From: Chloroflexota bacterium
Lineage (GTDB): Bacteria > Chloroflexota > Limnocylindria > P2-11E
Assembly: GCA_031394155.1 (NCBI GenBank)
Contig: JANMWW010000288.1
Location: 1-59,249 of the forward strand
Direction: 5' to 3'
DNA length: 59,249 nucleotides
Each line of letters starts with the position of its first letter. The stretch's first letter is position 1. Shown one piece after another: positions 27,673 to 36,044 of the stretch. Position numbers and translations under genes: made by a program. The notes under the pieces are model-generated. The model worked only from the letters and a program-made list of their open reading frames with translations. It was not told where the DNA came from and did not search any database.

Positions 27673-28128
27673 ATGATCGAAGTTTCGGAGGGATTCGGTG
27701 ACAGTGGTGACGCGCCGGGTCTACGTCCGGCGAGCAGCGCGGGCAAGGCCGGCGAGCGCGCCGGTACGCGCGTGCTTGTCGTCGACGATGACCCTTCCAT
27801 CCTCGACACGGTCACCTCGATCCTGACCAGTGAGGGTTTTCAAGTGATGGCGGCGAGCGGTGGAAAGCAGGCGCTCTCACTCCTTCACAGCTGGCACCCG
27901 ACCCTCGTGCTCCTGGACATGCGCATGCCGATCATGGATGGCTGGGCGGTCGCTCGCGCGATGCAGGAGTCTGGCTCGAAAGTGCCGATCATCGTCATGA
28001 CCGCCGCCGAGAGCGCGAAGCGCTGGGCCGACGAGATCGGGGCAGCGGGGCACCTGGCAAAGCCGTTCGCACTCGATGAATTGCTCGAATGCGTCGAGGA
28101 GCACAGCGGACCGCGCCGCACGAACTGA
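27673..28128 (+). CDS. single-domain (CheY-like) response regulator
   Basis: TRVLVVDDDPSILDTV..LVLLDMRMPIMDG..VMTA..HLAKPF. No output domain. The ATG follows directly after the HK stop. Confidence 0.85.
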   Translation: MIEVSEGFGDSGDAPGLRPASSAGKAGERAGTRVLVVDDDPSILDTVTSILTSEGFQVMAASGGKQALSLLHSWHPTLVLLDMRMPIMDGWAVARAMQESGSKVPIIVMTAAESAKRWADEIGAAGHLAKPFALDELLECVEEHSGPRRTN

Positions 28129-28131
28129 GCG

Positions 28132-29178
28132 CTACGCCTCGGGTTCGCTGCTCCCGCCGCCCATGGCCGCCGCGATCGCGAGGTCCTGCGGCCGGATCTT
28201 CTTCGGATCGAACTTGCGGACGCTCGCGGTCATGCGGGTGAGCGCCTCGGCGAGCGACATCGGCGGACCGGCGCCCTTCTTCTGCGGGATCCAGCGCACT
28301 GGATTGCAGCGTGCGACCACGACCTGACGCAGGTACGGGCTCTTCATGCCCATCTCCTGCAGCTCCTTGACGTGCGCGGTCACGCGATCGTCGATGTCGA
28401 GGAGGCGGACGGCCCATTGCTCGCGCTGGCGGAGTGACTTCGGGAGCGCCTGATCGAGGAAGACGTCGACGCGGCGCAGCATCGAGTTGTACGAGGACCC
28501 GGAGAAGCGATCGCGCGTCTCGTACGCGCATCCGAGCGTGAGGAAGGGCGCCGACTCGAACGACGTGGCGTGGTCGGTCTCCTTCGAGCGCGGCTGCTCC
28601 TTCGCGAGCGAACGTGCCATGCGGATCACTTCAAGGCTGCGGTCCCGCAGGTTGTGCGCCTTCTCGGTGTTCAGCGCGAGGATCCGATACGCGAGCGCGG
28701 GGTCCGCTGTCGCGAGCACGGTGATGGCGCGCTGCCCAAGGGAGCGCGCCGCGGCGATGCGGTGGCGTCCGTTCGGGCTGAGGAACCCCTCGTCCCCGAC
28801 GATCGCGATCACCGGATCGAGGAACGCGCCGGTGTCGCGAATGGCGCCGGCGAGCCGCTCGGCATGCGTGCGCGACAGGTCACGTTGGAACGAGGTCGCT
28901 TCGACCGATCCGATCGGGATCGACGCGAGGACCAGCGAGGTGCCGCCGTAGGGATCGCGGTAGGCGGCCAAGGCGGTGCCCTTCAGCATCGCGATGCGCG
29001 CCACGACATCGGCGACCGACACGTCGTCAAGCCCGAGGGCCGTCGCGGACGCCTCTGGTCCGCGAGGCTCTGCAGGCCCACGTCGCTTACGCGTCGTGCT
29101 GGCCTTCGCTTTCGCGCCCGTCGTCTTCGTCGTTGCGGTCTTCTTCACGACGGTCTTCTTCGCTGGCACGTCGGTCAC
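28132..29178 (-). CDS. ParB/Srx-fold (ParB N-terminal-like) protein with Lys/Thr-rich histone-like N-terminal tail
   Basis: GTG 29178 overlaps the RIO kinase stop (GTGA). The tail is VTDVPAKKTVVKKTATTKTTGAKAKASTTRKRRGP. The core is SFQRDLSRTHAERLAGAIRDTGAFLDPVIAIVGDEGFLSPNGRHRIAAARSLG, which is ParB/DGQHR-like. I recognise no motif in the roughly 190-aa C-terminal part. Confidence 0.7.
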   Translation of the reverse strand: MTDVPAKKTVVKKTATTKTTGAKAKASTTRKRRGPAEPRGPEASATALGLDDVSVADVVARIAMLKGTALAAYRDPYGGTSLVLASIPIGSVEATSFQRDLSRTHAERLAGAIRDTGAFLDPVIAIVGDEGFLSPNGRHRIAAARSLGQRAITVLATADPALAYRILALNTEKAHNLRDRSLEVIRMARSLAKEQPRSKETDHATSFESAPFLTLGCAYETRDRFSGSSYNSMLRRVDVFLDQALPKSLRQREQWAVRLLDIDDRVTAHVKELQEMGMKSPYLRQVVVARCNPVRWIPQKKGAGPPMSLAEALTRMTASVRKFDPKKIRPQDLAIAAAMGGGSSEPEA

Positions 29179-29990
29179 TCTACCCGCGCGTCGGGAAACT
29201 CGCGATCGCCTGGCCGAACGGCCGCATCGCGTTTGCGCGGCCGAGAGGGCGCCTGTTGCAGCTGCGACGCGAAGCGATGGTCGTCGGCGCCGATGCGGCG
29301 TAGGACCCAGTCGATATCGACTCGCACGCCCCGCCGCGTGAAGTACGCACCAAGTGACTCGATGTCGCGGACGAGCAGGTCGCGCGCGGCGGGATGAACG
29401 ATGGTGTCGACCGTCTGGGAGAAGTCGATGAGTACCGGACGCTCGCGCCACCAGAGCACGTTGTATGCGGAGAGATCGCCGTGCACCCGATCGGCGGCGA
29501 TCATCACCGTCAGCTCTTCGACCAGCTCGTCCCAGACACGCTGCGCCGTGCGCGCGTCGAGATCCACCGCGGACAGACGCGGCGCGGCCTGCTCGCCATC
29601 GCCGATGAACGCCATGCGGTAGCCGTCCTCGAGCAGCTCCGCCGGCGGCGGCACCGTGACGCCCGCCTCATGGATGTGCACGAGGTTCAACCACTCGTTC
29701 GCGATCCAACGTGAGTGGCGTGCCTCCTGTCCGAAGCGCGTGTTCTTCTTCATTGCCCTCCCCTCACGGCGCGGGCTGTTTCCCCAGACCCCGGCGTACG
29801 TCGAGGTGGCTTTGAACAGCCGCCGCTCACGGGCCAGGAATCGCTTTTCGGCGAGCAGCACGGTACGGCCGTCGCCCCGACGGGCGACGAGATGGACCTC
29901 GCTCTCTTTACCGGTCTTCAGGATCCCGAGCTGGTCGTGCCGCTCTCCGGGCGGGAGCCAATCCCGTTCGAAGAGCCGTGGTCCGGGCAT
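29175..29990 (-). CDS. RIO1-family atypical protein kinase/ATPase
   Basis: Start at MPGPRLFERD (ATG 29990), preceded by GGAGGA. Motifs: ILKTGKESEVHLV (P-loop), LLAEKRF (Lys), VHGDLSAYNVLWW (catalytic loop), VLIDFSQTV (metal-binding loop). Confidence 0.85.
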   Translation of the reverse strand: MPGPRLFERDWLPPGERHDQLGILKTGKESEVHLVARRGDGRTVLLAEKRFLARERRLFKATSTYAGVWGNSPRREGRAMKKNTRFGQEARHSRWIANEWLNLVHIHEAGVTVPPPAELLEDGYRMAFIGDGEQAAPRLSAVDLDARTAQRVWDELVEELTVMIAADRVHGDLSAYNVLWWRERPVLIDFSQTVDTIVHPAARDLLVRDIESLGAYFTRRGVRVDIDWVLRRIGADDHRFASQLQQAPSRPRKRDAAVRPGDREFPDARVE

Positions 29991-30183
29991 GCGTCCTCCA
30001 GGGGACGGACTACATGAGCGCGCGCACGTACGGCGAAGGCCGCCGCCTGGGGTTAGTGCGGGGTCGGCTAGCGGAGGCCGGCGCTGGTGTGACGTGCTCT
30101 GTGAACACTCATGTCCGGCCTCCTTCTGTGCGTCACCGTGCGGTGCTCGGCCATCGTAGCGCGAGGGATCGGTCCTGCCTAGG

Positions 30184-31119
30184 CTACCGACGCGGCGAGG
30201 GAGACGCCGCCTGGCCCTGGCGAATCGGAGCCTGCGGGATGAGGAGGTCCTGGCCAAAGATCTTCGATCGCGGATTCGCATCGATGAACGCAAGGATCCC
30301 GTTCACGAGACCGGTGGCGATCACGTCTGGCTTCTTCACTAAAAGGCCGCGGTCGTCGTCATTCGAGAGGAAGCCCAACTCGATTATCGCTGCCGGCGTG
30401 AAGGGCGAGGTCGCGTGCTGATAACGCGACCAGTTAAATGCAAAGTACTGAGTCATCCCTCGCGAAATGTGCTCAGAGTCATACGCCATGCCCGTCGCCG
30501 TTGCATACGTGTCCTTGATCGTGCTGAGCAGCTTGTCCTCGTACGGTCCGCGCCGCGAGCCGTGGGCCATCTTGAATCCGCTCAGCTCGCCCACACCATC
30601 GCCGTCGCAGTGCAGGGCGATGAATACGTCCGCGAGATAACCCTCAGGGACGGTGGCGGGGAGAATGTCGACCTTGATCCCCTGCGCGGTGAGCAACGTC
30701 GCCATGCGGTCAGCGATCTCCATCGTGACATCAACCTCGCTGTAGCCAGCCCAGCTCGTCCCAGTCTGGGCGAGGATGCGCGTGCCGTACTCCTTCGGGA
30801 CTTCATCGGTCTGCCAGTGGCCGACCTGGATGCCCACGCGCCGCGGCTCGTTCACGTCGATCTTTGGTTTGGGGATGCGCACGAGCCCCTGCTGGATGAT
30901 CGCGCCGCCCGGCGGCGCGAGCGCGACGGGCGGAGCGGTGAGATCCATCTCCGGCGGCTCGTCGGGATCCGGCTCGACCGCGAGTGGGAGCGGGCCACCA
31001 GCCGGGACCTTCTGGCCGACCGTCGCGGGATCCTGACCGAACAGCGGAACGCCGCATGAGATCGCGACCGCCGCCGCGACCGAGACCGCCGCGACGAGCA
31101 GCACGAACATGCGCGGCAT
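30184..31119 (-). CDS. secreted N-acetylmuramoyl-L-alanine amidase (Amidase_3 type)
   Basis: Signal peptide MPRMFVLLVAAVSVAAAVA. Motifs VGIQVGH, FIALHCDG and IIELGFLSNDDD. Confidence 0.85.
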   Translation of the reverse strand: MPRMFVLLVAAVSVAAAVAISCGVPLFGQDPATVGQKVPAGGPLPLAVEPDPDEPPEMDLTAPPVALAPPGGAIIQQGLVRIPKPKIDVNEPRRVGIQVGHWQTDEVPKEYGTRILAQTGTSWAGYSEVDVTMEIADRMATLLTAQGIKVDILPATVPEGYLADVFIALHCDGDGVGELSGFKMAHGSRRGPYEDKLLSTIKDTYATATGMAYDSEHISRGMTQYFAFNWSRYQHATSPFTPAAIIELGFLSNDDDRGLLVKKPDVIATGLVNGILAFIDANPRSKIFGQDLLIPQAPIRQGQAASPSPRR

Positions 31120-31136
31120 TTCGCGAAGCCTAAGGA

Positions 31137-32186
31137 CTACGCGGTGCGTGAGGCGGTGGTCAAGAGCGCAGGCACCGCCTTCACGACGTCAGCGATGAGC
31201 GCTTGCGCGCCGACGATGTTGGATTCCGCGCCGGAGTGCATGTTCAGCACGCCCTCGTCGATCCCGTCGTGTACTCGGCCCGCATCCCTGTCATACACGA
31301 CACGATTCGAAGGGTTTCGCCCATCGAACCAGGCGCGCGCTTTCGTCCTGAGATCGGCGAAGAGCGGATCCCCGGTCAGCGTCGCGAGCCGGTCGACCGA
31401 ATAGATCGCCGACGCGACGCCATACGGCTGGACGACGGGCTCATCGAAGCCGCTCTCGATCAGCGGGGCGAGGTATGCGAGCGCGCTCTGCCGCGCAATG
31501 TCGAGCAGGTCCGCGCGCCCAAGCAGCGCGCCAGCCTCCGCCAGGACGCCCTCCTGGATGTGGCCCCACAAATGTGGAGCGGCCGCGTCGGGGTTGTCGA
31601 GGAGGATCGCGCCGCGCCGTAATGCGGCGATCTCGTCGGCCCAGCGGCTCAGCTCCGGTCGCATCTCGGACATGCGGCCCGCGCCGATGAGCTCGATCGT
31701 CGTCAGCGCATGGATCGAACGGATATCCGGCGGCACGTCGCGCATCTCGCGGATCGGCGCGAGGCCGCGAGCCGTCGCAGTGACGGCCCGCTCGTCCCCC
31801 AGCACGGTCGCGGCCTTCGCGAGAGCGCGAACGCCGCGTGCGTGCCAGAATCCGCCGCCCGGGAACGAGGTCGGGCCCGTCGTGTTCCGGCGGCCGTCCC
31901 AATCCCAGATGAAGTTCACGAACAGGCCGTCGTCCTGCTGCATATAGAGGAGGAAGTCGACGAGCCCTTCGGCGCGAGAGCGCAGCGGCGGCAGGTGGGT
32001 CGCCTCCCATAGATCGAGGTAGAGCACCACGGCGCGCGCCGCGTCATCGACGCAGGCAACACCCTCGTAGCCAAGATCGGCGGCTGGGAACGTGCGGTCG
32101 GTCGCGTCTGCATACACCGCGATCGCGCACGCATCCGGGCCCGCCGCTGCCACGGGCCGCGAGAGATGCTCGAGCTGGCCGAGCAT
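31137..32186 (-). CDS. hypothetical protein co-transcribed with GH130/GT4 (function unknown)
   Basis: Start at MLGQLEHLSRPV (ATG 32186), sharing one nt with the GH130 stop (TGATG). 349 aa with good codon bias. It has helical-repeat character. I recognise no family. Confidence 0.7.
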   Translation of the reverse strand: MLGQLEHLSRPVAAAGPDACAIAVYADATDRTFPAADLGYEGVACVDDAARAVVLYLDLWEATHLPPLRSRAEGLVDFLLYMQQDDGLFVNFIWDWDGRRNTTGPTSFPGGGFWHARGVRALAKAATVLGDERAVTATARGLAPIREMRDVPPDIRSIHALTTIELIGAGRMSEMRPELSRWADEIAALRRGAILLDNPDAAAPHLWGHIQEGVLAEAGALLGRADLLDIARQSALAYLAPLIESGFDEPVVQPYGVASAIYSVDRLATLTGDPLFADLRTKARAWFDGRNPSNRVVYDRDAGRVHDGIDEGVLNMHSGAESNIVGAQALIADVVKAVPALLTTASRTA

Positions 32187-33397
32187 CAGACGGTGACGAG
32201 ACGCTCGGTGGAGCCGTGCCATGGCTCCAGGCTCTCGACGATGTCGTCGACGGCGAAGTCGGCGGCGGCGATGACCGAGTCCGCCGCGCCGTAGTACATG
32301 CGGATCTGACCGCCGCCAAGATCGACGTGGCCGCATGAGAACACGGTGTCGTTGAACAGGCCCATGCGCTCGAATGGCTCGGTCGGCTCGAGGATCGGTG
32401 AGGGCGAACGCGCGAGCACCTTGCGCGGATCGTAGGGATCGAGCAGCAGCGCGCCCATCGCATACGTCGTGTTGCGGTCGACGCCGTGATACAGCTCGAC
32501 CCAGCCGTGGTCAGTGAGGAACGGCACGGCCGAGGCGCCGGTCCGCAGCTCGTCCCAGTAGCCCCAGCGCGGGAGCGCGAGCGTCTCGTGCCGGCCCCAG
32601 TCGGTGAGGTCGTTGCTGAAGGCGATCCAGATGCCGAAGATCCGGCTGAACGACTGCGGCATCGGGCGCGTGAGGGCGACGTAGTCATTCCCGATCTTGC
32701 CTGGGAAGATCACGACATCCTTGTGGTCGGGCAGGAAGATCACGCCCTCGCGGTCGAATGTCTTGAAGTCGGTCGTCGTCGCCATGCTGGTGGTGATCCC
32801 CCAGCGCGAGACGGACACGTACGTGATGTACCAGGTGCCGTCGATCAGCGTGGCACGCGGATCCTCGACCCCGTACTCCTCGAGATCGGTGTGCGGCGCG
32901 ATCGCGGGGGTGTCATCGACGGTGAAGTGCACGCCGTCACGGCTGCGCGCGACACGGAGATGCGAGATCTGCGCGAGGAAGTCGATGTAGCCGTCGTTGA
33001 CCGTCCGGAGAAAGCCGGTGCTGTTGCGGTAGCGGATCGACCGCGGATCGCGCAGGTCGAGTCCCGGCAGATCCCTCGGGATGTACGCCACGACCACCTT
33101 TGGCGGGTTCTGATGCGTGTCGAGGAAGCACATGCCGACCAGCTCCTGGTCGCGATGACGCGCCGGCAAGGGATGGAGAATCGGGTGTGGCTGATCCAGG
33201 TCCAGCGTGAGCGCGTTCGGACCCGGCTTCACGTCGGTGCGCGGCCGCTCGGCGACGCGGAGAAGCAGGATGATCTCATCGCCGACGCGCGCGGCTGCGG
33301 CATTGAAAACGCTCACGACCTCGAGCTCGGGCAGGGACGGGCGCACATCGCGAGCCGTGAGGATCGGGTTCTCCGGGAGTCGCCGTCCGAGATTCAT
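32186..33397 (-). CDS. GH130-family glycoside phosphorylase/hydrolase (mannoside-type)
   Basis: 403 aa. NPILTARDV..VFNAAAARVGDEIILLLRVAE, GVEDPRATLIDGTWYITY, ELYHGVD, MYYGAADSVIAAADF: GH130 five-bladed propeller signatures. Confidence 0.85.
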   Translation of the reverse strand: MNLGRRLPENPILTARDVRPSLPELEVVSVFNAAAARVGDEIILLLRVAERPRTDVKPGPNALTLDLDQPHPILHPLPARHRDQELVGMCFLDTHQNPPKVVVAYIPRDLPGLDLRDPRSIRYRNSTGFLRTVNDGYIDFLAQISHLRVARSRDGVHFTVDDTPAIAPHTDLEEYGVEDPRATLIDGTWYITYVSVSRWGITTSMATTTDFKTFDREGVIFLPDHKDVVIFPGKIGNDYVALTRPMPQSFSRIFGIWIAFSNDLTDWGRHETLALPRWGYWDELRTGASAVPFLTDHGWVELYHGVDRNTTYAMGALLLDPYDPRKVLARSPSPILEPTEPFERMGLFNDTVFSCGHVDLGGGQIRMYYGAADSVIAAADFAVDDIVESLEPWHGSTERLVTV

Positions 33398-34647
33398 GCG
33401 GTCGGGACTGTCGCATCGGCGGTCGGGTGGATCCCCGTCGCGCGGGCGTCGAGCACATCGTGCATCAGCGCGAGCACGCGACGCCCGATGGCCGGCCAGG
33501 CCATCTCTTTGCCGTACTCGTATGCACGGGCCTCGAGACGTTGTTTCGCCCCTGGATTCGCGAGCACGCCCGTCACCGCCTCGGCGATCGCGGCCGCGTC
33601 GCGGAAGGGAACGAGGATGCCGCGACCCTCGGACAGCACCTCGCGCGCGTGAAGATATGGCGTCGAGACGATCGCCTTTCCCGCGCCGAGCGCGTAGGCG
33701 AGCGTGCCGCTGGTGATCTGGTTCGGGTCGAGGTAGGGCGTCACGTAGACGTCGCTCGCCAGGAGGTACTCGACGACCTGACGCTGGGTCAGGTACTCGT
33801 TCACGAACTTCACGTGCCCCGACATCCCCACACGCTTCGCGACATCGACGAGCGAGTTGCGGTAGGACTCACCCTGCTTTCTCTGGAGCTCCGGGTGCGT
33901 CTGGCCCACGATGAGATAGAGCGCGCTCGGATACGCGGCGACGATCGCGGGCAGCGCTTCGATCACGTATTCGAGGCCCTTGCGCGGGTCGACGAGTCCG
34001 AAGGTCGAGATGATCTGCCGCCCTTCGACACCGAGCTGCTTCTTCAAGACGCGGCGACCGCGCGGCTCGATCGCGGGCATGCCGTGCTCGATGACCACGG
34101 GCTCCTTGGTGATCCCGTAGACGTCCCTCAACAGGCGCGCGGCAGTCTGGGCCATGACCACGATCACGTCGCTTCGGTCGGATGCGTTACGGAGGACCTC
34201 GCGCATCCACGCCGACGGCTCCGGGAGCACGGTATGGAACGTCGTGACGACGGGCTTTGTCAGGATGTCCAGGAAGATCTTGAGGTTGTCGTCATATACG
34301 CCGTCGCGATCCACGCCGTACAGGCCGAACTCGTGCTGCACGTTGACGATGTCGACGTTGGACGCGTTGATCGCGAGGGCCGCATCGCGATACGTCTCCG
34401 GCTCTTCCTGCCGGATGCGCCACCGGACATCCGGACCGTAGGCTCGGGCGGCATTCGGCTCATCGATCGCAGCCTGCAACGTGCGCACGCTCGGATCCGC
34501 GGCCTTGACGGCGGCGAGCAAGTCGCCCGTGAACGTGGCAATGCCGCAGCGCCGGGGCATCGCGGAAGCGATGAAGGCGATGCGCAGCGGGGCCGGCTCG
34601 GTCGGGCGCTTCGTTGGGGCAACGCGATAGTTGTCTGTAGAGAACAT
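33394..34647 (-). CDS. GT4-family glycosyltransferase
   Basis: Start at MFSTDNYRV (ATG 34647), preceded by GAGGGAG. LRIAFIASAMPRRCGIATFTGDL, and a C-terminal GT-B region ..TSGTLAYALGAGKAIVSTPY. The stop overlaps the GH130 start (ATGA). Confidence 0.85.
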   Translation of the reverse strand: MFSTDNYRVAPTKRPTEPAPLRIAFIASAMPRRCGIATFTGDLLAAVKAADPSVRTLQAAIDEPNAARAYGPDVRWRIRQEEPETYRDAALAINASNVDIVNVQHEFGLYGVDRDGVYDDNLKIFLDILTKPVVTTFHTVLPEPSAWMREVLRNASDRSDVIVVMAQTAARLLRDVYGITKEPVVIEHGMPAIEPRGRRVLKKQLGVEGRQIISTFGLVDPRKGLEYVIEALPAIVAAYPSALYLIVGQTHPELQRKQGESYRNSLVDVAKRVGMSGHVKFVNEYLTQRQVVEYLLASDVYVTPYLDPNQITSGTLAYALGAGKAIVSTPYLHAREVLSEGRGILVPFRDAAAIAEAVTGVLANPGAKQRLEARAYEYGKEMAWPAIGRRVLALMHDVLDARATGIHPTADATVPTA

Positions 34648-34689
34648 CGGTGACTCCCTCTGCCGCAAGGCGCGTGCCGGAAAGCTGAG

Positions 34690-36042
34690 TTACGCCTCGG
34701 TTGGTAGGTCGGCTCCCACCCAAGAGCTGAAACCGCCGCGCAGGTTCGCTGCGGCGATGCCGTGGCGCTCCAAGATGCTCGCGGCCAAGCTTGAGCGTAC
34801 ACCAGAGGCGCAGTACAGGATGATGTCTCGCCCGGCGGGCAACTCAGCGAGCCGCCCCTCGAGCTGCTCGTAAGGGATGTGCAGCGCGCCCGGCGCATGC
34901 GCGTCCTCGTACTCGGAGACCTCCCGCACGTCGACAAGTTGCGCACCCGTTTCGGCAAGCACGTTCGCACTGCGCGCGTCGACGGTGCGAACGCGCGCGA
35001 GCTCCTCGCCCGTATCCGGGATCGCGTCTGCGATACCCCGCACCTCATCGAACCCGATCGTCGCGAGCTCTCGTCGCAGTCCCCGCGCGGCAACGGCATC
35101 GGTCGTGAGCAGGATCATGGGACTGCCAAAAGGCACGACGGCCCCGACCCGCACCGCGAAGGAGTCGTTGCCCACGACGTTCAGCGCGCCACGACGATGT
35201 CCCATCGCGAACACGTGCGGCGCCCGCGGATCGATGAGCGTCACGCCGTCCGGCAGCGGATCGCGAAGCCGCGAAAGCGGTTCGGACGGCGCGGCCTTCG
35301 CGCCGCGATTGTTGAGCGCGCGGATCTGCGGGTAGTACGCCGGCGCGACCGGCAATCCATGGCCGATCGCCGCGTGGAATCGCTCGAAGTCGCCGGCCGC
35401 CGCCAGCGCGACGTCGTTGTGCCGCCGCTCGAAGCCGAGTGTCGTCCACCGCGAGCTCGCGACCGCTGACGACGCGCAAGCGCTGCCGCCGCCGTGCGTC
35501 GGGAAGACGGCGATGTGATCTGCGAGCGGGAGGATGCGATCGCGGAGCGTGTCATATGCCGCGCGCGCGAGCTGCTCCTCGAGCTCGGGACCGAGCAGAT
35601 CGACACGCGCGATGTGGCCCACGAGCAGCGCGCCTCCGCTGAACAGGTACTGCGGATCCTCCGCGCGACGAAGGTCCGCGACGATGAACGCGACGTGCTC
35701 CGGTGTGTGGCCGGGCGTAGCGACGCACGCGACCCGCAGAGCGCCGACATCGATGTGATCGCGGTCGCCGAGCGAGACGTGCGGATAACCGACGCTCGCG
35801 TCTGCGCCGGTCACGACGGTGATCGGCCGCAGGGTCGCGAGGGACGGCGAGCCTGCCACGTAATCGTTGTGCACGTGGGTCTCGAACGAATGCGTGATCA
35901 GCACGCCGAGCGCGGCGGCACGCTCGAGGTATGGAGCAAGATGCCGGTCCGGGTCTACGAGAAAAGCCACACCCTCGTCCGGGTCGGCGACGAGGTAGGA
36001 AGCGTGACCGAGACCCGGATCGAAGAACTGCTCGAGGAGCAT
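34690..36042 (-). CDS. MBL-fold persulfide-dioxygenase-like protein fused to rhodanese domains
   Basis: ETHVHNDYVAGS, TPGHTPEHVAF, and a C-terminal rhodanese active-site loop ILYCASGVRSS. Confidence 0.85.
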   Translation of the reverse strand: MLLEQFFDPGLGHASYLVADPDEGVAFLVDPDRHLAPYLERAAALGVLITHSFETHVHNDYVAGSPSLATLRPITVVTGADASVGYPHVSLGDRDHIDVGALRVACVATPGHTPEHVAFIVADLRRAEDPQYLFSGGALLVGHIARVDLLGPELEEQLARAAYDTLRDRILPLADHIAVFPTHGGGSACASSAVASSRWTTLGFERRHNDVALAAAGDFERFHAAIGHGLPVAPAYYPQIRALNNRGAKAAPSEPLSRLRDPLPDGVTLIDPRAPHVFAMGHRRGALNVVGNDSFAVRVGAVVPFGSPMILLTTDAVAARGLRRELATIGFDEVRGIADAIPDTGEELARVRTVDARSANVLAETGAQLVDVREVSEYEDAHAPGALHIPYEQLEGRLAELPAGRDIILYCASGVRSSLAASILERHGIAAANLRGGFSSWVGADLPTEA

Positions 36043-36044
36043 GG

